64,000 bases of DNA from Alphaproteobacteria bacterium (GCA_044227605.1 JBGAWJ010000001.1:4404-68403); one strand, 5' to 3'; positions 30,239 to 40,947 are shown, counted from the first letter of the stretch. Numbers and translations are program-made. The notes: generated from the sequence alone by a model not told the origin.

Positions 30239-30810
30239 AAGGTTTCAATCGTAATATTGTTGTTGGTGTACACACATAATTCAGCGGCAATTTTCATCGA
30301 TCTTTTGACGATTTCCAAGGCATCCAGATTTTCAATGGGTAGTAAGGCCTTGGCCGCGGAAATCGCAAAATTCCCGCCTGAGCCGATGCCGATTAACCCG
30401 CCATCCGGCTCCAATACATCGCCAGCCCCCGAAATGATAAAGCTGACATTTTTGTCGGCGACCGCCATCATCGCTTCTAATCTTCTTAAATAGCGGTCGG
30501 TGCGCCAATCTTTAGCCAATTCGACACAAGCCCTGGCCAATTGACCGGGGTGTTTTTCCAATTTGGCCTCTAAACGTTCAAAAAGGGTTAGGGCGTCCGC
30601 CGTTGAACCGGCAAAACCTGCGATAATATCGCCTTTGCCCAGCCTTCTAACTTTGCGAGTTGTGGATTTAATGATAGTTGCCCCAAAAGAAACTTGGCCA
30701 TCGCCCGCGATCACCACTTGCCCATCTTTACGGACGCAAAGGATTGTTGTCCCATGCCAAGTGGCCGCTTGGTTCGTTGGTGATCCTGCTGAAGGGGATC
30801 CTTCGTTCAA
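30235..30810 (-). CDS. hslV: ATP-dependent protease peptidase subunit HslV
   Basis: [21 protein letters not shown] is the HslV active N-terminal region. The annotated ATG at 30846 lies only about 5 nt from the sigma-32 -10 element. I therefore propose a TTG start at 30810, preceded by AGGAG 7 nt upstream. Confidence 0.85.
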   Translation of the reverse strand: MNEGSPSAGSPTNQAATWHGTTILCVRKDGQVVIAGDGQVSFGATIIKSTTRKVRRLGKGDIIAGFAGSTADALTLFERLEAKLEKHPGQLARACVELAKDWRTDRYLRRLEAMMAVADKNVSFIISGAGDVLEPDGGLIGIGSGGNFAISAAKALLPIENLDALEIVKRSMKIAAELCVYTNNNITIETL

Positions 30811-30850
30811 TTTATTTCTCCTGCTTGATTTGACGGTGGAAAGCATCTTA

Positions 30851-30879
30851 TATATGGGATAGGTTCCTTGAGTAACAAG
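30851..30879 (-). promoter_or_regulatory. Sigma-32 (RpoH)-type heat-shock promoter of hslVU: CTTG-N17-CCCATATA
   Basis: Read on the minus strand the sequence is CTTGttactcaaggaacctatCCCATATA. This matches the alphaproteobacterial RpoH promoter consensus CTTG-N17-CCYATAT. Confidence 0.5.
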
Positions 30880-30949
30880 ATCGTGCCCTGATAAAATATT
30901 TAAGCGGGGTAAAACGGCAGAAGAATAAAATAAAAATAGGGAAGAAAAA

Positions 30950-31324
30950 ATGGCCTATAACCCAGACAATATTTTTGCGAAAATTTTACGTGGCGAAATC
31001 CCTTGCAAAAAGGTTTATGAAAATCAAGATGTGTTGGCATTCTATGATATAAATCCACAGGCCAAAATCCATATCTTGGTGATCCCAAAACAGCCTTATC
31101 AATCCTGGGATGATTTTTCAGCCCATGCCACCCCGCACCAAATGGCGGCGCTCATGCAAGCGGTCGGATTAATTGCTCGGCAATTAGGGTTAAATCAGCA
31201 AGGATATAGGGTTCTAGCTAATAACGGGCAAAATGCCCATCAGGAAATTCCCCATTTTCATCTTCATCTTTTGGGTGGTCATCCACTGGGGCCTATACTG
31301 CAAAAAGGGATAGCAACTAGCTAA
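30950..31324 (+). CDS. HIT-family nucleotide-binding protein
   Basis: The histidine triad HFHLHLLGG is present in a 124-aa protein. Confidence 0.85.
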   Translation: MAYNPDNIFAKILRGEIPCKKVYENQDVLAFYDINPQAKIHILVIPKQPYQSWDDFSAHATPHQMAALMQAVGLIARQLGLNQQGYRVLANNGQNAHQEIPHFHLHLLGGHPLGPILQKGIATS

Positions 31325-31368
31325 CCATTGAGGGCAACTAGCTGGCTAATCAAGACCAACTTGAATAA

Positions 31369-32901
31369 TCAATCAGCTAATTTGGGTTGGATACGGCGGT
31401 AGCTGAGCGCTTCGGCAATATGGGTGCGTTCAATTCTTTCACATTCCGCTAAATCAGCAATCGTTCGTGCTACCCGTAAGACACGGTGATACCCGCGTGC
31501 CGACAAAGCCATTTTTTCGGCAGCTTTGGTAAGCAAACTTTGCCCATCCGCATCTAAAGCAGCCACTTTTTCCAAGGTATTTAAGTCAAGTTCTGCATTT
31601 GATAGCGGAATAGAGGCCATCGATGCGGGCGACTGGCGTTTTGTTTGCCTTTCCCACGCCTTGGCCACACGCCGACCGATTTGCCCCGAGGATTCCCCCA
31701 CCCGCTCGCTATGTAGGGTTACGGGAGGCAAAGCATTGACTTCAATTGTTAAATCAATCCGGTCCAGAAAAGGCCCAGATATTTTTGACTGATACGATTC
31801 AGCGCATTGGGGCTTTTTGCTGCAAGCCAATTGCGGGTGATCAAAATATCCGCAACGGCAGGGGTTCATGGCGGCAATTAGTTGGAACCTTGCGGGATAG
31901 GTGATGTGGTGGTTGGCGCGCGCAATCGTGATGTTTTTTGTCTCCAGGGGCTGCCTTAAGGAATCCAGAGATTGGCGGGAAAATTCAGGCATTTCATCCA
32001 AAAACAAAACCCCGTTATGGGCCAAAGATACCTCCCCTGGTTTTGCCCGTAAGCCACCGCCCACTAAGGAGGCCATCGACGCGGAGTGATGGGGATCGCG
32101 GAAAGGGCGTTCCTGGATCAGCGATGCTTCAGGCAATTGCCCAGCCAAACTATAAATAATGCTAGTTTCCAAAGCTTCCTGTGCCGATAAAGCAGGTAAT
32201 ATCCCCGGCAATCTTGCAGCCAACATGGACTTTCCTGCCCCGGGCGGGCCGATCAACAAAAGGTTATGATGGCCAGCTGCAGCAATCTCAAGCGCCCGCT
32301 TTGCTGTTTCCTGGCCGCGGATATCGCGGATATCTTTTAATTCCGGCTTGTTTTTAAGGACTTTTGCCGTTGGGGTTGATAAGGGTCTTTCCCCCTTTAA
32401 GCAACCCAGCAAAACAATTAAATTGGGGGCCGCAATAATTTCTGTTGATCCTGCCCAGGCAGCCTCGGCCCCCTGCTGTTCGGGGCAAATTAATGTCAAG
32501 CCGTGCGATGAGGCATGTAAAGCAGCTGCTAAAACACCGTTGATCGGTGATATGCGGCCATCAAGCCCCAATTCCCCGATGGCACAATATTTTTCTAACG
32601 AGATAGCGGGCAATCCATCGATAGCTGCCAGCAATCCCAAAGCAATCGGCAAATCATAGTGGCTACCTTCTTTCATCAAATCGGCAGGCGCCAGATTAAC
32701 AGTGATCCTTTTTCCGGGTAATGCCAACCCTATGGCTTGGAAAGCCGCCCGGACACGCTCACGGCTTTCTGCAATCGCTTTATCGGGTAGGCCTACGATG
32801 GTAAAACTGGGCAGGCCATTGGTTAATTGCACCTGCACTTCAACTGCTTGGGTGTAAAATCCGGAAAAGGCAACTGTTTTAACGGATACACCCATCATCA
32901 A
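31369..32901 (-). CDS. comM: YifB/ComM-family Mg-chelatase-like AAA+ ATPase
   Basis: An N-terminal Lon-like domain precedes an AAA+ core with Walker A GPPGAGKSMLA. The 510-aa length fits the family. Confidence 0.9.
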   Translation of the reverse strand: MMMGVSVKTVAFSGFYTQAVEVQVQLTNGLPSFTIVGLPDKAIAESRERVRAAFQAIGLALPGKRITVNLAPADLMKEGSHYDLPIALGLLAAIDGLPAISLEKYCAIGELGLDGRISPINGVLAAALHASSHGLTLICPEQQGAEAAWAGSTEIIAAPNLIVLLGCLKGERPLSTPTAKVLKNKPELKDIRDIRGQETAKRALEIAAAGHHNLLLIGPPGAGKSMLAARLPGILPALSAQEALETSIIYSLAGQLPEASLIQERPFRDPHHSASMASLVGGGLRAKPGEVSLAHNGVLFLDEMPEFSRQSLDSLRQPLETKNITIARANHHITYPARFQLIAAMNPCRCGYFDHPQLACSKKPQCAESYQSKISGPFLDRIDLTIEVNALPPVTLHSERVGESSGQIGRRVAKAWERQTKRQSPASMASIPLSNAELDLNTLEKVAALDADGQSLLTKAAEKMALSARGYHRVLRVARTIADLAECERIERTHIAEALSYRRIQPKLAD

Positions 32902-33131
32902 TCCTACAAACTAAGGCATTAAGATAATCCTATTGGATCGTAAATTGTAATTAGCAAATCATAAGGAATAATATAGCGTTGAGGGATATATAAAGGTAAT
33001 ATTTTCCTGCATCCGTTAAGGATTAATTTCGTGATCAATTTAATAATCAATATAATAGCTACTCGGTAAATTAAAGCCTAAGATCAAATATTGCCAACCA
33101 GAATTTTAAACAAGCTGACTTATATAACATA

Positions 33132-34094
33132 ATGACCAATGACGCCTCAAGGCCCCATGACCAACCGTTAAAAGCCATTATTTTGATGGGCGGCGGTGTT
33201 TTAATGTTCAGTGTAGCTGATGCTTTGATCAAAGCAATGTCGGGTACTTACCCCATTGGGCAAATTATGACCTTCCGTAATATATTTGCCTGTATCCCCA
33301 TGGCTTTTTATTTTTACCGTACCAGCGGCTTTGCTTTTTTTAAAACCAAACGCCTGGGATTGCAGTTGTTGCGGGGGGTAATCGGCGTTATTTCGATGGC
33401 CAGCATCTTTCTGGCCTTCAAGCTGATGCCTTTGGCGGAAGCGGTGGCATTAACTATGTCTAGCACGATTTTTTTGGCGGCGCTTTCCGGTTTGTTGCTG
33501 GGGGAGGCAGTGGGATGGAAAAGATGGGTTGCAATCTGGGTTGGCTTTATTGGCGTTTTGCTGATCACCCGCCCGGGAAAAAACCTTTTTGACGGTGTTG
33601 CCCTTTTTGCCTTGGCCAGCGCTTTTCTATTTGCCCTATCAATGATTTGCGTGCGCCATTTAAGCAAAACCGATAGTGGGGCCACCACCATCTTTTATTT
33701 TATTTTGGTTTGTTTAATAGGCAGTTTTCTGACCATTCCCTGGCAGTGGATTTCCCCCGATCATATATGGGTGAAACAAGGAATTATTGGCTGGTCTACA
33801 CCCGCTTTAAGGGATGTTGGTATTTTGGCTCTTATTGGGTGTGTAGGGGGGGCTGCCCAGATTGCCATGACCCAGGCGTTCCGTATTGCCCCAGCTTCGG
33901 TGGTAGCGCCCTTTCAATATGCCGATATCCTTTACTCCATTATTTGGGGATATCTTTTCTGGGCGGAGGTGCCTGATTTATATTTGTATGCTGGCGGCAC
34001 CTTGATTACGTTAAGCGGGATTTTTATTGTTAGGCATGAAGTTAAACGCCGACAGACGAATTCCCAAAATAGCGTTGCCAAACCAAATAATTAG
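33132..34094 (+). CDS. DMT-superfamily (EamA) transporter
   Basis: Hydropathy is consistent with about ten transmembrane helices, arranged as two EamA repeats. Confidence 0.7.
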   Translation: MTNDASRPHDQPLKAIILMGGGVLMFSVADALIKAMSGTYPIGQIMTFRNIFACIPMAFYFYRTSGFAFFKTKRLGLQLLRGVIGVISMASIFLAFKLMPLAEAVALTMSSTIFLAALSGLLLGEAVGWKRWVAIWVGFIGVLLITRPGKNLFDGVALFALASAFLFALSMICVRHLSKTDSGATTIFYFILVCLIGSFLTIPWQWISPDHIWVKQGIIGWSTPALRDVGILALIGCVGGAAQIAMTQAFRIAPASVVAPFQYADILYSIIWGYLFWAEVPDLYLYAGGTLITLSGIFIVRHEVKRRQTNSQNSVAKPNN

Positions 34095-35053
34095 CCTTTT
34101 TTCTGTTTTTCGAGGGCGTCCCAGAATATTCTTTCCAAACAAGTGTTGTTGAGCTGATTAATCTGCTGAAACCCTGTGGGCGAGGTAATATTTATTTCGG
34201 TCAGATAGGGGCCGATAATATCAATTCCTGCGAATAGGATGCCTAATTTTTTTAGGGTTGGGCCTATTGCTTGGCAAATATGCAAATCCCGTGCGGAAAG
34301 ATCGGTTTTTGTGGCCCTACCGCCCACATGCAGGTTGGAGCGTGCTTCACCTGATTTAGGGATCCGGTTAACCGCCCCCACCGCTTGGCCATCGATCAGG
34401 ATAACCCTTTTATCGCCCTGCCGGACTTCAGGGATATAGCGTTGGATAACTAGCGGCTCTCTTGATGTGCGGTGATGGACTTCCAACAAAGCATGCAAAT
34501 TTTCATCATCTGCCTTGACGTGAAAAACGCCATATCCCCCATTGCCGTAAAGGGGTTTTATCACAATATCCTGGTGTTTTTGACGAAAAGCCACGATTTC
34601 TGCCGTATCCGCCGTAATCAGGGTAGGTGGGATAAGATCGGGAAATTGTAATAAAAACAATTTTTCTGGGGCATTGCGAACAGTTTTTGGATGATTAAGG
34701 ATCAGCACGGAAGGTGGCAAAAGCTCTAATAAGTGCGTGTTGGTTATGTAGGCCATATCGAAGGGTGGATCTTGGCGGATCAGGATAACGTCAAAATCTT
34801 TTAAGGACAATTTCTGCTTTTTGCCTAATTGGGCATGGGCCCCTTTTTGACGTTGTAAAGTTATCGTATGGCCAAAGGCATAGATTTCACCCTCCAGGAA
34901 ATGCAAGTTGTCAGGGGTGTAATAATACAATTCATGGTTGCGCCGCTGAGCCTCTAGGGCTATCACAAAGCTTGTGTCAGTGTCGATGTTAATGAATTCA
35001 ATGGGATCCATTTGAATGGCGATACGCAAAGAAATGATATCCTCCTGGGTCAA
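34091..35053 (-). CDS. gshB: Glutathione synthetase
   Basis: The 320-aa protein has an ATP-grasp fold and is GshB-like over its full length. Confidence 0.9.
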   Translation of the reverse strand: MTQEDIISLRIAIQMDPIEFINIDTDTSFVIALEAQRRNHELYYYTPDNLHFLEGEIYAFGHTITLQRQKGAHAQLGKKQKLSLKDFDVILIRQDPPFDMAYITNTHLLELLPPSVLILNHPKTVRNAPEKLFLLQFPDLIPPTLITADTAEIVAFRQKHQDIVIKPLYGNGGYGVFHVKADDENLHALLEVHHRTSREPLVIQRYIPEVRQGDKRVILIDGQAVGAVNRIPKSGEARSNLHVGGRATKTDLSARDLHICQAIGPTLKKLGILFAGIDIIGPYLTEINITSPTGFQQINQLNNTCLERIFWDALEKQKKG

Positions 35054-35068
35054 CTAAATTTGACGGTC

Positions 35069-35593
35069 TTACATCCGTTGCAGCAAATTTATTTTACCAA
35101 CCAACCGGTGTTTAACGAAAGCAAGCAAATGAAGCCCGACCAGGCCTATCAAGCAAAAAGCCAGCAAAGCATGGGTATTGCCAAGCTGCTTTATGGTGGC
35201 GGTCATATCGGGAAAGGGAAGGGTCAGACCAAACCATTGGGGGGAAGCCCCGTTACCTACAATAGCTAAATATCCCGTAATCGGGACAATCACCATAAAA
35301 ATATAGAAAAGAGTATGGACCACCCGTGATAAACGTTTTTCCCAATCGCTAAGGCTGGCAACTGCTGTGGGTAGGGGAAATGACCAACGAACAATGAGGC
35401 GCAGCCAAATTAATGCAAAAATACTCAGGCCAAAAGACTGGTGCCAGAAAATAATTGGGTATCCTGCAACCACTGGTTTTTCTTCCAGCATAAAACCCGT
35501 ACCGATCATGGCGACAACCAAAATAGCCATGAGCCAATGTATTAGGCGTAACAAAGGATGGTAGCGAAGAACAGAAGAAGACATGATCATCAC
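35069..35593 (-). CDS. Cytochrome b561-family protein
   Basis: Four transmembrane helices with conserved His residues (HWLMAIL..., HTLFY...) fit the family. Confidence 0.65.
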   Translation of the reverse strand: MMIMSSSVLRYHPLLRLIHWLMAILVVAMIGTGFMLEEKPVVAGYPIIFWHQSFGLSIFALIWLRLIVRWSFPLPTAVASLSDWEKRLSRVVHTLFYIFMVIVPITGYLAIVGNGASPQWFGLTLPFPDMTATIKQLGNTHALLAFCLIGLVGLHLLAFVKHRLVGKINLLQRM

Positions 35594-35630
35594 CTTATTT
35601 TTTAAGAAATCGGGGCAATTGGATTTAATA

Positions 35631-36077
35631 TTAGGAATATATCACTAATTTGGGTATCTGCAAGGGTTGGATAATCGCTAAAACCAAATAAACCGGATAA
35701 TTTTGGTACCGAGGGTGCTTTATTAAAAAAACCTGTAATTGTCTTAATTGTCGCTGGCGTTGCAAGGGGTGATGCGGCCAATTGGCTTTAGCTAAGGATC
35801 TGCGATATTTAACCTCAATAACATATAAATGACGGTTCTTCGTTGCCAATAAATCAATTTCACCTAAATTTGATTGATCGTTGCGGCGGATGATTCTATA
35901 CCCGCTGCCCCATAAATATAGGTAAGTCAAAAACTCGCCATATTGGCCAATCCAGGCTTTTTTCGGCCGTCTGATGAAACGGCACAGTTTTTGGTAAAAA
36001 GAAAAAAATGGCATGCTATTTTTTTTGTAAAAAAAGGGCTTGATTATAAACAATTTTTTTAGGGATATCCAATTCAT
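35631..36077 (-). CDS. yraN: YraN-family (UPF0102) endonuclease
   Basis: The core GEIDLLATKNRHLYVIEVKYRR is present. The N-terminal extent is uncertain, because the annotated 5' end overlaps the rsmI 3' end. Confidence 0.65.
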   Translation of the reverse strand: MNWISLKKLFIIKPFFYKKNSMPFFSFYQKLCRFIRRPKKAWIGQYGEFLTYLYLWGSGYRIIRRNDQSNLGEIDLLATKNRHLYVIEVKYRRSLAKANWPHHPLQRQRQLRQLQVFLIKHPRYQNYPVYLVLAIIQPLQIPKLVIYS

Positions 36078-36900
36078 CAGATATTTTTTTAGCGGCTTCC
36101 TTGACCGACATTAAAGGTAGGTATTGTTGCAGCAAGTTGGCGGCCATGTCTGCTTTTTCTTCGGGGGAAAAAATCAAAGGTTTGGTTAAGTCAATCATCA
36201 CCACAATCTCCCCTTTTACCAACGGATTTTCTTGGTAATAATCAACTAAGTCCTGCAAATCACCCCTTTTTATTCCTTCAAACATTTTGGTTAATTCTCG
36301 CCCGACCGCTGCCGGTTTATTGCCAAAAACCGTTAAACAATCTTTTAAACTATCTTGCAGCCGTTGTGGCGATTCAAAAAAAACCAATGTCGCGCAGATA
36401 GAGGAAAAAGCCTGCAGGAATTTTTGTCTGGCCACCGATCGAGGGGGAGGAAACCCTACAAAAAGAAATTGGTGGGTCGGCAATCCGGAAATGACCAAAC
36501 CGGTCAGCAGGGCTGAAGCACCCGGGATTGCCTGGACGCTAATGCCTTCCAAGATGGCCGCTTGAACCAATTTATAGCCTGGGTCAGAAATAAGGGGGGT
36601 TCCCGAATCACATACGAGTGCCAGTGAATGGCCTTGTTTTAAATGATGGATTAAAAGGGGCTGTATTTTTCCAGCATTATGGTCATGATAAGACTGTAAT
36701 CTTGCTTGTATCCCATAATGATCCAGAAGCTTACGGGTAACCCTTGTATCTTCGCAAGCAATCATATCCGCTTGCTGCAGGGTAAGTAGCCCTCGCAGAC
36801 TGATATCGCTCAAATTGCCAATGGGGGTTGCCACCAGGATCAGCCCCTGCATGCTGGTTTTAATTGAATCAAGACAATGAGGTGGAAGCGATAAAGTCAT
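36016..36900 (-). CDS. rsmI: 16S rRNA (cytidine1402-2'-O)-methyltransferase RsmI
   Basis: The tetrapyrrole-methylase fold is present, with the N-terminus LILVATPIGNLSDIS. Confidence 0.9.
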   Translation of the reverse strand: MTLSLPPHCLDSIKTSMQGLILVATPIGNLSDISLRGLLTLQQADMIACEDTRVTRKLLDHYGIQARLQSYHDHNAGKIQPLLIHHLKQGHSLALVCDSGTPLISDPGYKLVQAAILEGISVQAIPGASALLTGLVISGLPTHQFLFVGFPPPRSVARQKFLQAFSSICATLVFFESPQRLQDSLKDCLTVFGNKPAAVGRELTKMFEGIKRGDLQDLVDYYQENPLVKGEIVVMIDLTKPLIFSPEEKADMAANLLQQYLPLMSVKEAAKKISDELDIPKKIVYNQALFLQKK

Positions 36901-37029
36901 TTGCCAGACAGATGAAAATCGTTTAAAGTGCGTAAAAATTTAGAGTTCGTGAAGATTATGGGTTGCTTAACCTCGCGCTCATTTTTTTCCCAATTGCCTG
37001 GATCTTACATGAAAGATTAAAATTGTCCC

Positions 37030-38304
37030 ATGAAAATTTTTAGCCTGGTTGCCATTGTCGGATTATCGCTGGCCTTAATAAGCTGTCAATCTACGGATTC
37101 CTCGCAGTCTGTGGCACGCAGCGGATCACCCAAGGTAGCTATTTTGCTGCCCCTTACGGGCAAAGATGCGGCTTTGGGCAAAGCGCTTCTCAATGCAGCT
37201 CAGATGGCTGTTTTAGATGAGGGTGGTGCTGATTTTGTCCTTATTATTAAAGACACCAATCAAACAGGGGGCGCAACCCAAGCGTTGCAAGATGCCATGA
37301 AAGAAGGGGCTAGATTGGTGATCGGGCCTGTTTTTGCAGCCCAAGTGCGCGAAATTGCTCCTATTGCCCAAGCTAAAGGTGTTCAGATTATTAGTTTTTC
37401 AAATGATGAAACCCTGGCTAGTCAAGGCGTATTTGTAGGCGGTCTAACCTTGCCGCAACAAATTAACCGAGTTATTGCCTATTCATCAACCCAAGGGATC
37501 AAGAGGATTGCCCTCTTATTGCCTGACAATACGTATGGCCGGGTGGTTGAAAGTTCAGCCAAACAGTCAGCTGACGCAACCGGAGTGGAGATTTTCCAGA
37601 CGGAATTTTATAACCCGGCAAATACCAATCTTTCAGAAACAGTGAAAAGATTAGGGCCGAGTGACCCGGTTCCGTTACTTGACGAAAATACTGAAACTGA
37701 TCCAGACAATTCAGAAACTGGCTTAACGGAAAATCCAGACAATACCGATATTATTGAAGAGCAACAGATATCTGACAATAATCCGCCGCCCGCTTGGATG
37801 CCGCCTTATAAACCCGTGAAAGTGGTAAATTATCAAGCACTGCTAATTGCGGAAGGAGGGGAGAAGTTAATCACCCTCTCATCACTGGCTCCTTACCACG
37901 GTATTGACACGACCCAAGTGAAGCTTTTGGGCACCAACCTTTGGGATGCCCCAGCTTTAAGAAAAGAGACAAGTTTATTGGGGGGATGGTATCCCAGTTA
38001 TTCCCAGGAAGGGCGCGATTCTTTTGAAAAAAGGTACCGTGAAAATTTTAAGGAATCCCCTAATCGCCTAGCAGCTACCGTTTACGACATAGTAGTGTTT
38101 GTCACCCGTTTAGGTGGGAAGCCAGGGGCCGATTTTAGCCGGAATGCAATTATAGGTTTTGGTGAAATGAAGGGGGTAAACGGGATTTTTAGATTTCTGC
38201 CGGACGGTATTGCAGAATACGGCCTGACGGTCTATGAAATTCAACGGCAACGGCTGTTGGTTAAAGATCCTGCTCCTTCCACTCTTATACCATTAACCAA
38301 CTAA
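37030..38304 (+). CDS. Periplasmic ligand-binding (PBP1-fold) lipoprotein, LpoA-like penicillin-binding-protein activator family
   Basis: A lipobox LISCQ is followed by a type-1 periplasmic binding fold. The protein also carries an internal Asp/Asn/Glu-rich low-complexity insert. It lies divergent from rsmI-yraN, as lpoA does in E. coli. Confidence 0.5.
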   Translation: MKIFSLVAIVGLSLALISCQSTDSSQSVARSGSPKVAILLPLTGKDAALGKALLNAAQMAVLDEGGADFVLIIKDTNQTGGATQALQDAMKEGARLVIGPVFAAQVREIAPIAQAKGVQIISFSNDETLASQGVFVGGLTLPQQINRVIAYSSTQGIKRIALLLPDNTYGRVVESSAKQSADATGVEIFQTEFYNPANTNLSETVKRLGPSDPVPLLDENTETDPDNSETGLTENPDNTDIIEEQQISDNNPPPAWMPPYKPVKVVNYQALLIAEGGEKLITLSSLAPYHGIDTTQVKLLGTNLWDAPALRKETSLLGGWYPSYSQEGRDSFEKRYRENFKESPNRLAATVYDIVVFVTRLGGKPGADFSRNAIIGFGEMKGVNGIFRFLPDGIAEYGLTVYEIQRQRLLVKDPAPSTLIPLTN

Positions 38305-39476
38305 GCAGTTAAAAGATAATCAATCAAGGCATTTAACTTCAAACGGCCAAGTTCTGTTGCTTGAATTTTGCTATCCGTGACAGTTAACAATTGCTTTGCT
38401 TGCAATTCACGCAAAGCCTGGCCTGACAGCGAATCCGTCAAATTAATCCCGGTTTCATGGGCGGCTAGGGCTAAATTAATCCCGTCTTCTAGGCGTAACC
38501 CCATCAACACTAACTCTGTACGCCGTTCAAGCGGCGATAAAGGATAGAAGTCTTTGGTCCCATGACCATGTAGTAACAGATGCTGTTGCCAGGTCTCGGG
38601 AATCTTCAGTTGAAAAGACGCATATTTTTGTTGATTTAGTTTGAATCTCCCATGGGCACCGGGGCCAATACCTATATAATCTTGGTAACGCCAATAGGTT
38701 AAATTATGCCGACATTGGGCCCCAGGTTTGGCATAATTGGAAATTTCATAGTGATGGAACCCTTGCCCCTTCATAAAGCTATTGGTCCATTGATAAAAAT
38801 CTGCCGATAATTCCTGATCAGGCATCGGCCATAGGCCTTCCTTGTAATTTTGTGCAAAAACGGTCCCCTGCTCAATAGTCAATTGATATAAGGAAAGATG
38901 AGAGCCAGATAAAGACATGGCTTGGCTTAGTTCGTGTTGCCAATCACCTAGTGTTTGATGGGGAAGGGCATAGATTAAATCAAAGGAATATTTTTTGAAA
39001 TGTTTGGCAGCTAATTCAATGGCTTGAATAGCTTGCCGACTGTCATGATGACGGCCCAGAAATTTTAAATCCCGATCGTTTAATGATTGGATACCTATGG
39101 AAAGGCGATTAATTCCGCTTTGGCGGTAATCAGCGAATTTTTGGCTTTCAACACTAGAGGGGTTGGCTTCTAAGGTAATTTCAATCCCCTGGTCAAACGC
39201 CCAATATTTTTGGGCGGTGGCAATTAGTCCCTCAATCATCGCCGCGGGCATTAAAGACGGTGTACCGCCACCGAAAAAAATACTGGTTAACCGTCGTCCC
39301 CATGTCCGTTTACCATAAAAATCGATTTCGGCTTTAAGGCAGATAAACCATTCTTGCCAATTAACCGTGGCTCTAACATGGCTGTTGAAATCGCAATAAG
39401 GGCATTTGGATACACAAAAGGGCCAGTGGATATAAAGCCCAAAATCTGTGTCTTGTGGGTTAATGGGATAATTCAT
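38301..39476 (-). CDS. hemW: Radical-SAM heme chaperone HemW
   Basis: The CxxxCxxC motif (CVSKCPYCDFNS) and an HemN C-terminal-like domain are present. Confidence 0.85.
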   Translation of the reverse strand: MNYPINPQDTDFGLYIHWPFCVSKCPYCDFNSHVRATVNWQEWFICLKAEIDFYGKRTWGRRLTSIFFGGGTPSLMPAAMIEGLIATAQKYWAFDQGIEITLEANPSSVESQKFADYRQSGINRLSIGIQSLNDRDLKFLGRHHDSRQAIQAIELAAKHFKKYSFDLIYALPHQTLGDWQHELSQAMSLSGSHLSLYQLTIEQGTVFAQNYKEGLWPMPDQELSADFYQWTNSFMKGQGFHHYEISNYAKPGAQCRHNLTYWRYQDYIGIGPGAHGRFKLNQQKYASFQLKIPETWQQHLLLHGHGTKDFYPLSPLERRTELVLMGLRLEDGINLALAAHETGINLTDSLSGQALRELQAKQLLTVTDSKIQATELGRLKLNALIDYLLTA

Positions 39477-39479
39477 TGA

Positions 39480-40115
39480 TTACCCTGATGCAGGCAGGCA
39501 AAATTCTTTAAATTTAGCAAAAGCCTGTGCGCGGTGGCTGATCCTGTTTTTTTGGGTGGGATCCATTTCCCCAAAAGTTTGGGTGCAGTCATCCGGTACA
39601 AACATTGCATCATACCCAAAACCCTTCGTCCCACGGGGAGGCCAGGCCAATCTCCCATCAATCCGGCCCTCAAAGGTGTGATGATATCCATCCGGCCAGG
39701 CAATCGCCAAAACCGAAATAAAAAAAGCCGGGCAACCCGTGATTGCCGTGATGCCTTTTTTCTGCAATGCTTGGTAAACCTTACCCATCGCCACCTTAAA
39801 ATCACGCTTTTCGCCTGCCCACCGGGCAGACAGGACACCCGGGGCGCCGTCCAGTGCGGGGATTACAATCCCTGAATCATCTGCTAAAGAAGGTAATTTG
39901 GAAAGGATTGCGGCTTGATTTGCTTTGATTAGGGCATTTTCCTCAAAAGTCACCCCTGTTTCTTCTGGTTCTGGCAAGCCCAAATCCTTCATCGAATAAA
40001 GCGGACGAAGGGAAAGGGGAAGGATTTCCTGCAGTTCGGCGATTTTTCCTTGGTTATGACTTGCTAAAACCAAAGGGCCTTGCAGCAAATAGCGGGGATG
40101 GGAAGGCCTTTGCAT
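39480..40115 (-). CDS. rdgB: Non-canonical purine NTP pyrophosphatase RdgB (Ham1 family)
   Basis: The N-terminus LVLASHNQGKIAEL is the family signature. The rph-rdgB-hemW arrangement is conserved. Confidence 0.85.
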   Translation of the reverse strand: MQRPSHPRYLLQGPLVLASHNQGKIAELQEILPLSLRPLYSMKDLGLPEPEETGVTFEENALIKANQAAILSKLPSLADDSGIVIPALDGAPGVLSARWAGEKRDFKVAMGKVYQALQKKGITAITGCPAFFISVLAIAWPDGYHHTFEGRIDGRLAWPPRGTKGFGYDAMFVPDDCTQTFGEMDPTQKNRISHRAQAFAKFKEFCLPASG

Positions 40116-40123
40116 GGCGGCTG

Positions 40124-40864
40124 TTATGCTGCCAAAGTTGCTAAAAGTTGTTTTTGCTGTTCCACCAAGGAGCGGGTTGCTTTCTGGGCCAAATCAAGCA
40201 TTTGAATCAGTTGCGGGGGGGTAAATGAATTTTTCTCAGCGGTAGATTGGATTTCAATGATCTCCCCCTTACCATTCAACACAAAATTTGAATCAACTTC
40301 GGCATTGCTGTCTTCTATATATTCTAAATCTAGAATGGGTGTATTCCGGTAAATACCGCAGGAGATGGCTGCAACATAATCTTGCAAAGGGAATTGCTTG
40401 ATCACACCCGTTTTGACCAAACGGGCTAAAGCCTGATGTAAGGCAACATAACCGCCAGTAATGGCTGCCGTGCGGGTTCCACCATCCGCTTGAATAACAT
40501 CACAGTCAATAAAAATTTGCCGCTCGCCTAAGGCAACCAAATTGGTAACGGCCCGCAGAGAACGGCCAATCAGTCGTTGAATTTCCTGTGTGCGCCCGGT
40601 TAATTTCCCACGGCTGGCTTCTCGTTCACTGCGCGTCGCTGTTGCCCGCGGTAACATACCATACTCCCCTGTTACCCAACCCTTGCCGGTATTCCGCAAA
40701 AAACTTGGCAATTGGTTGTCGACAGAAGCGGTACAGAAAACATGCGTATTGCCCAATTGGATAAAACAAGATCCTTCTGCATATTTATTAACGCCAATTT
40801 CCATTTTAACCACACGCATTTGATCGGGCTGGCGGCCAGAAGGACGAAGGGGGATATTAACCAT
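40124..40864 (-). CDS. rph: Ribonuclease PH
   Basis: LRPSGRQPDQMR is the canonical RNase PH N-terminus. I chose the start at ATG 40864 (MVNIPLRPSGR); the track ORF runs 14 codons longer. Confidence 0.9.
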   Translation of the reverse strand: MVNIPLRPSGRQPDQMRVVKMEIGVNKYAEGSCFIQLGNTHVFCTASVDNQLPSFLRNTGKGWVTGEYGMLPRATATRSEREASRGKLTGRTQEIQRLIGRSLRAVTNLVALGERQIFIDCDVIQADGGTRTAAITGGYVALHQALARLVKTGVIKQFPLQDYVAAISCGIYRNTPILDLEYIEDSNAEVDSNFVLNGKGEIIEIQSTAEKNSFTPPQLIQMLDLAQKATRSLVEQQKQLLATLAA

Positions 40865-40947
40865 TATAAATGACTTCCATTGCTTAAAATGCCAAAATAT
40901 TACCACTCTATTTATACATGATATGAAAATAAAATGATAGAGACGTG

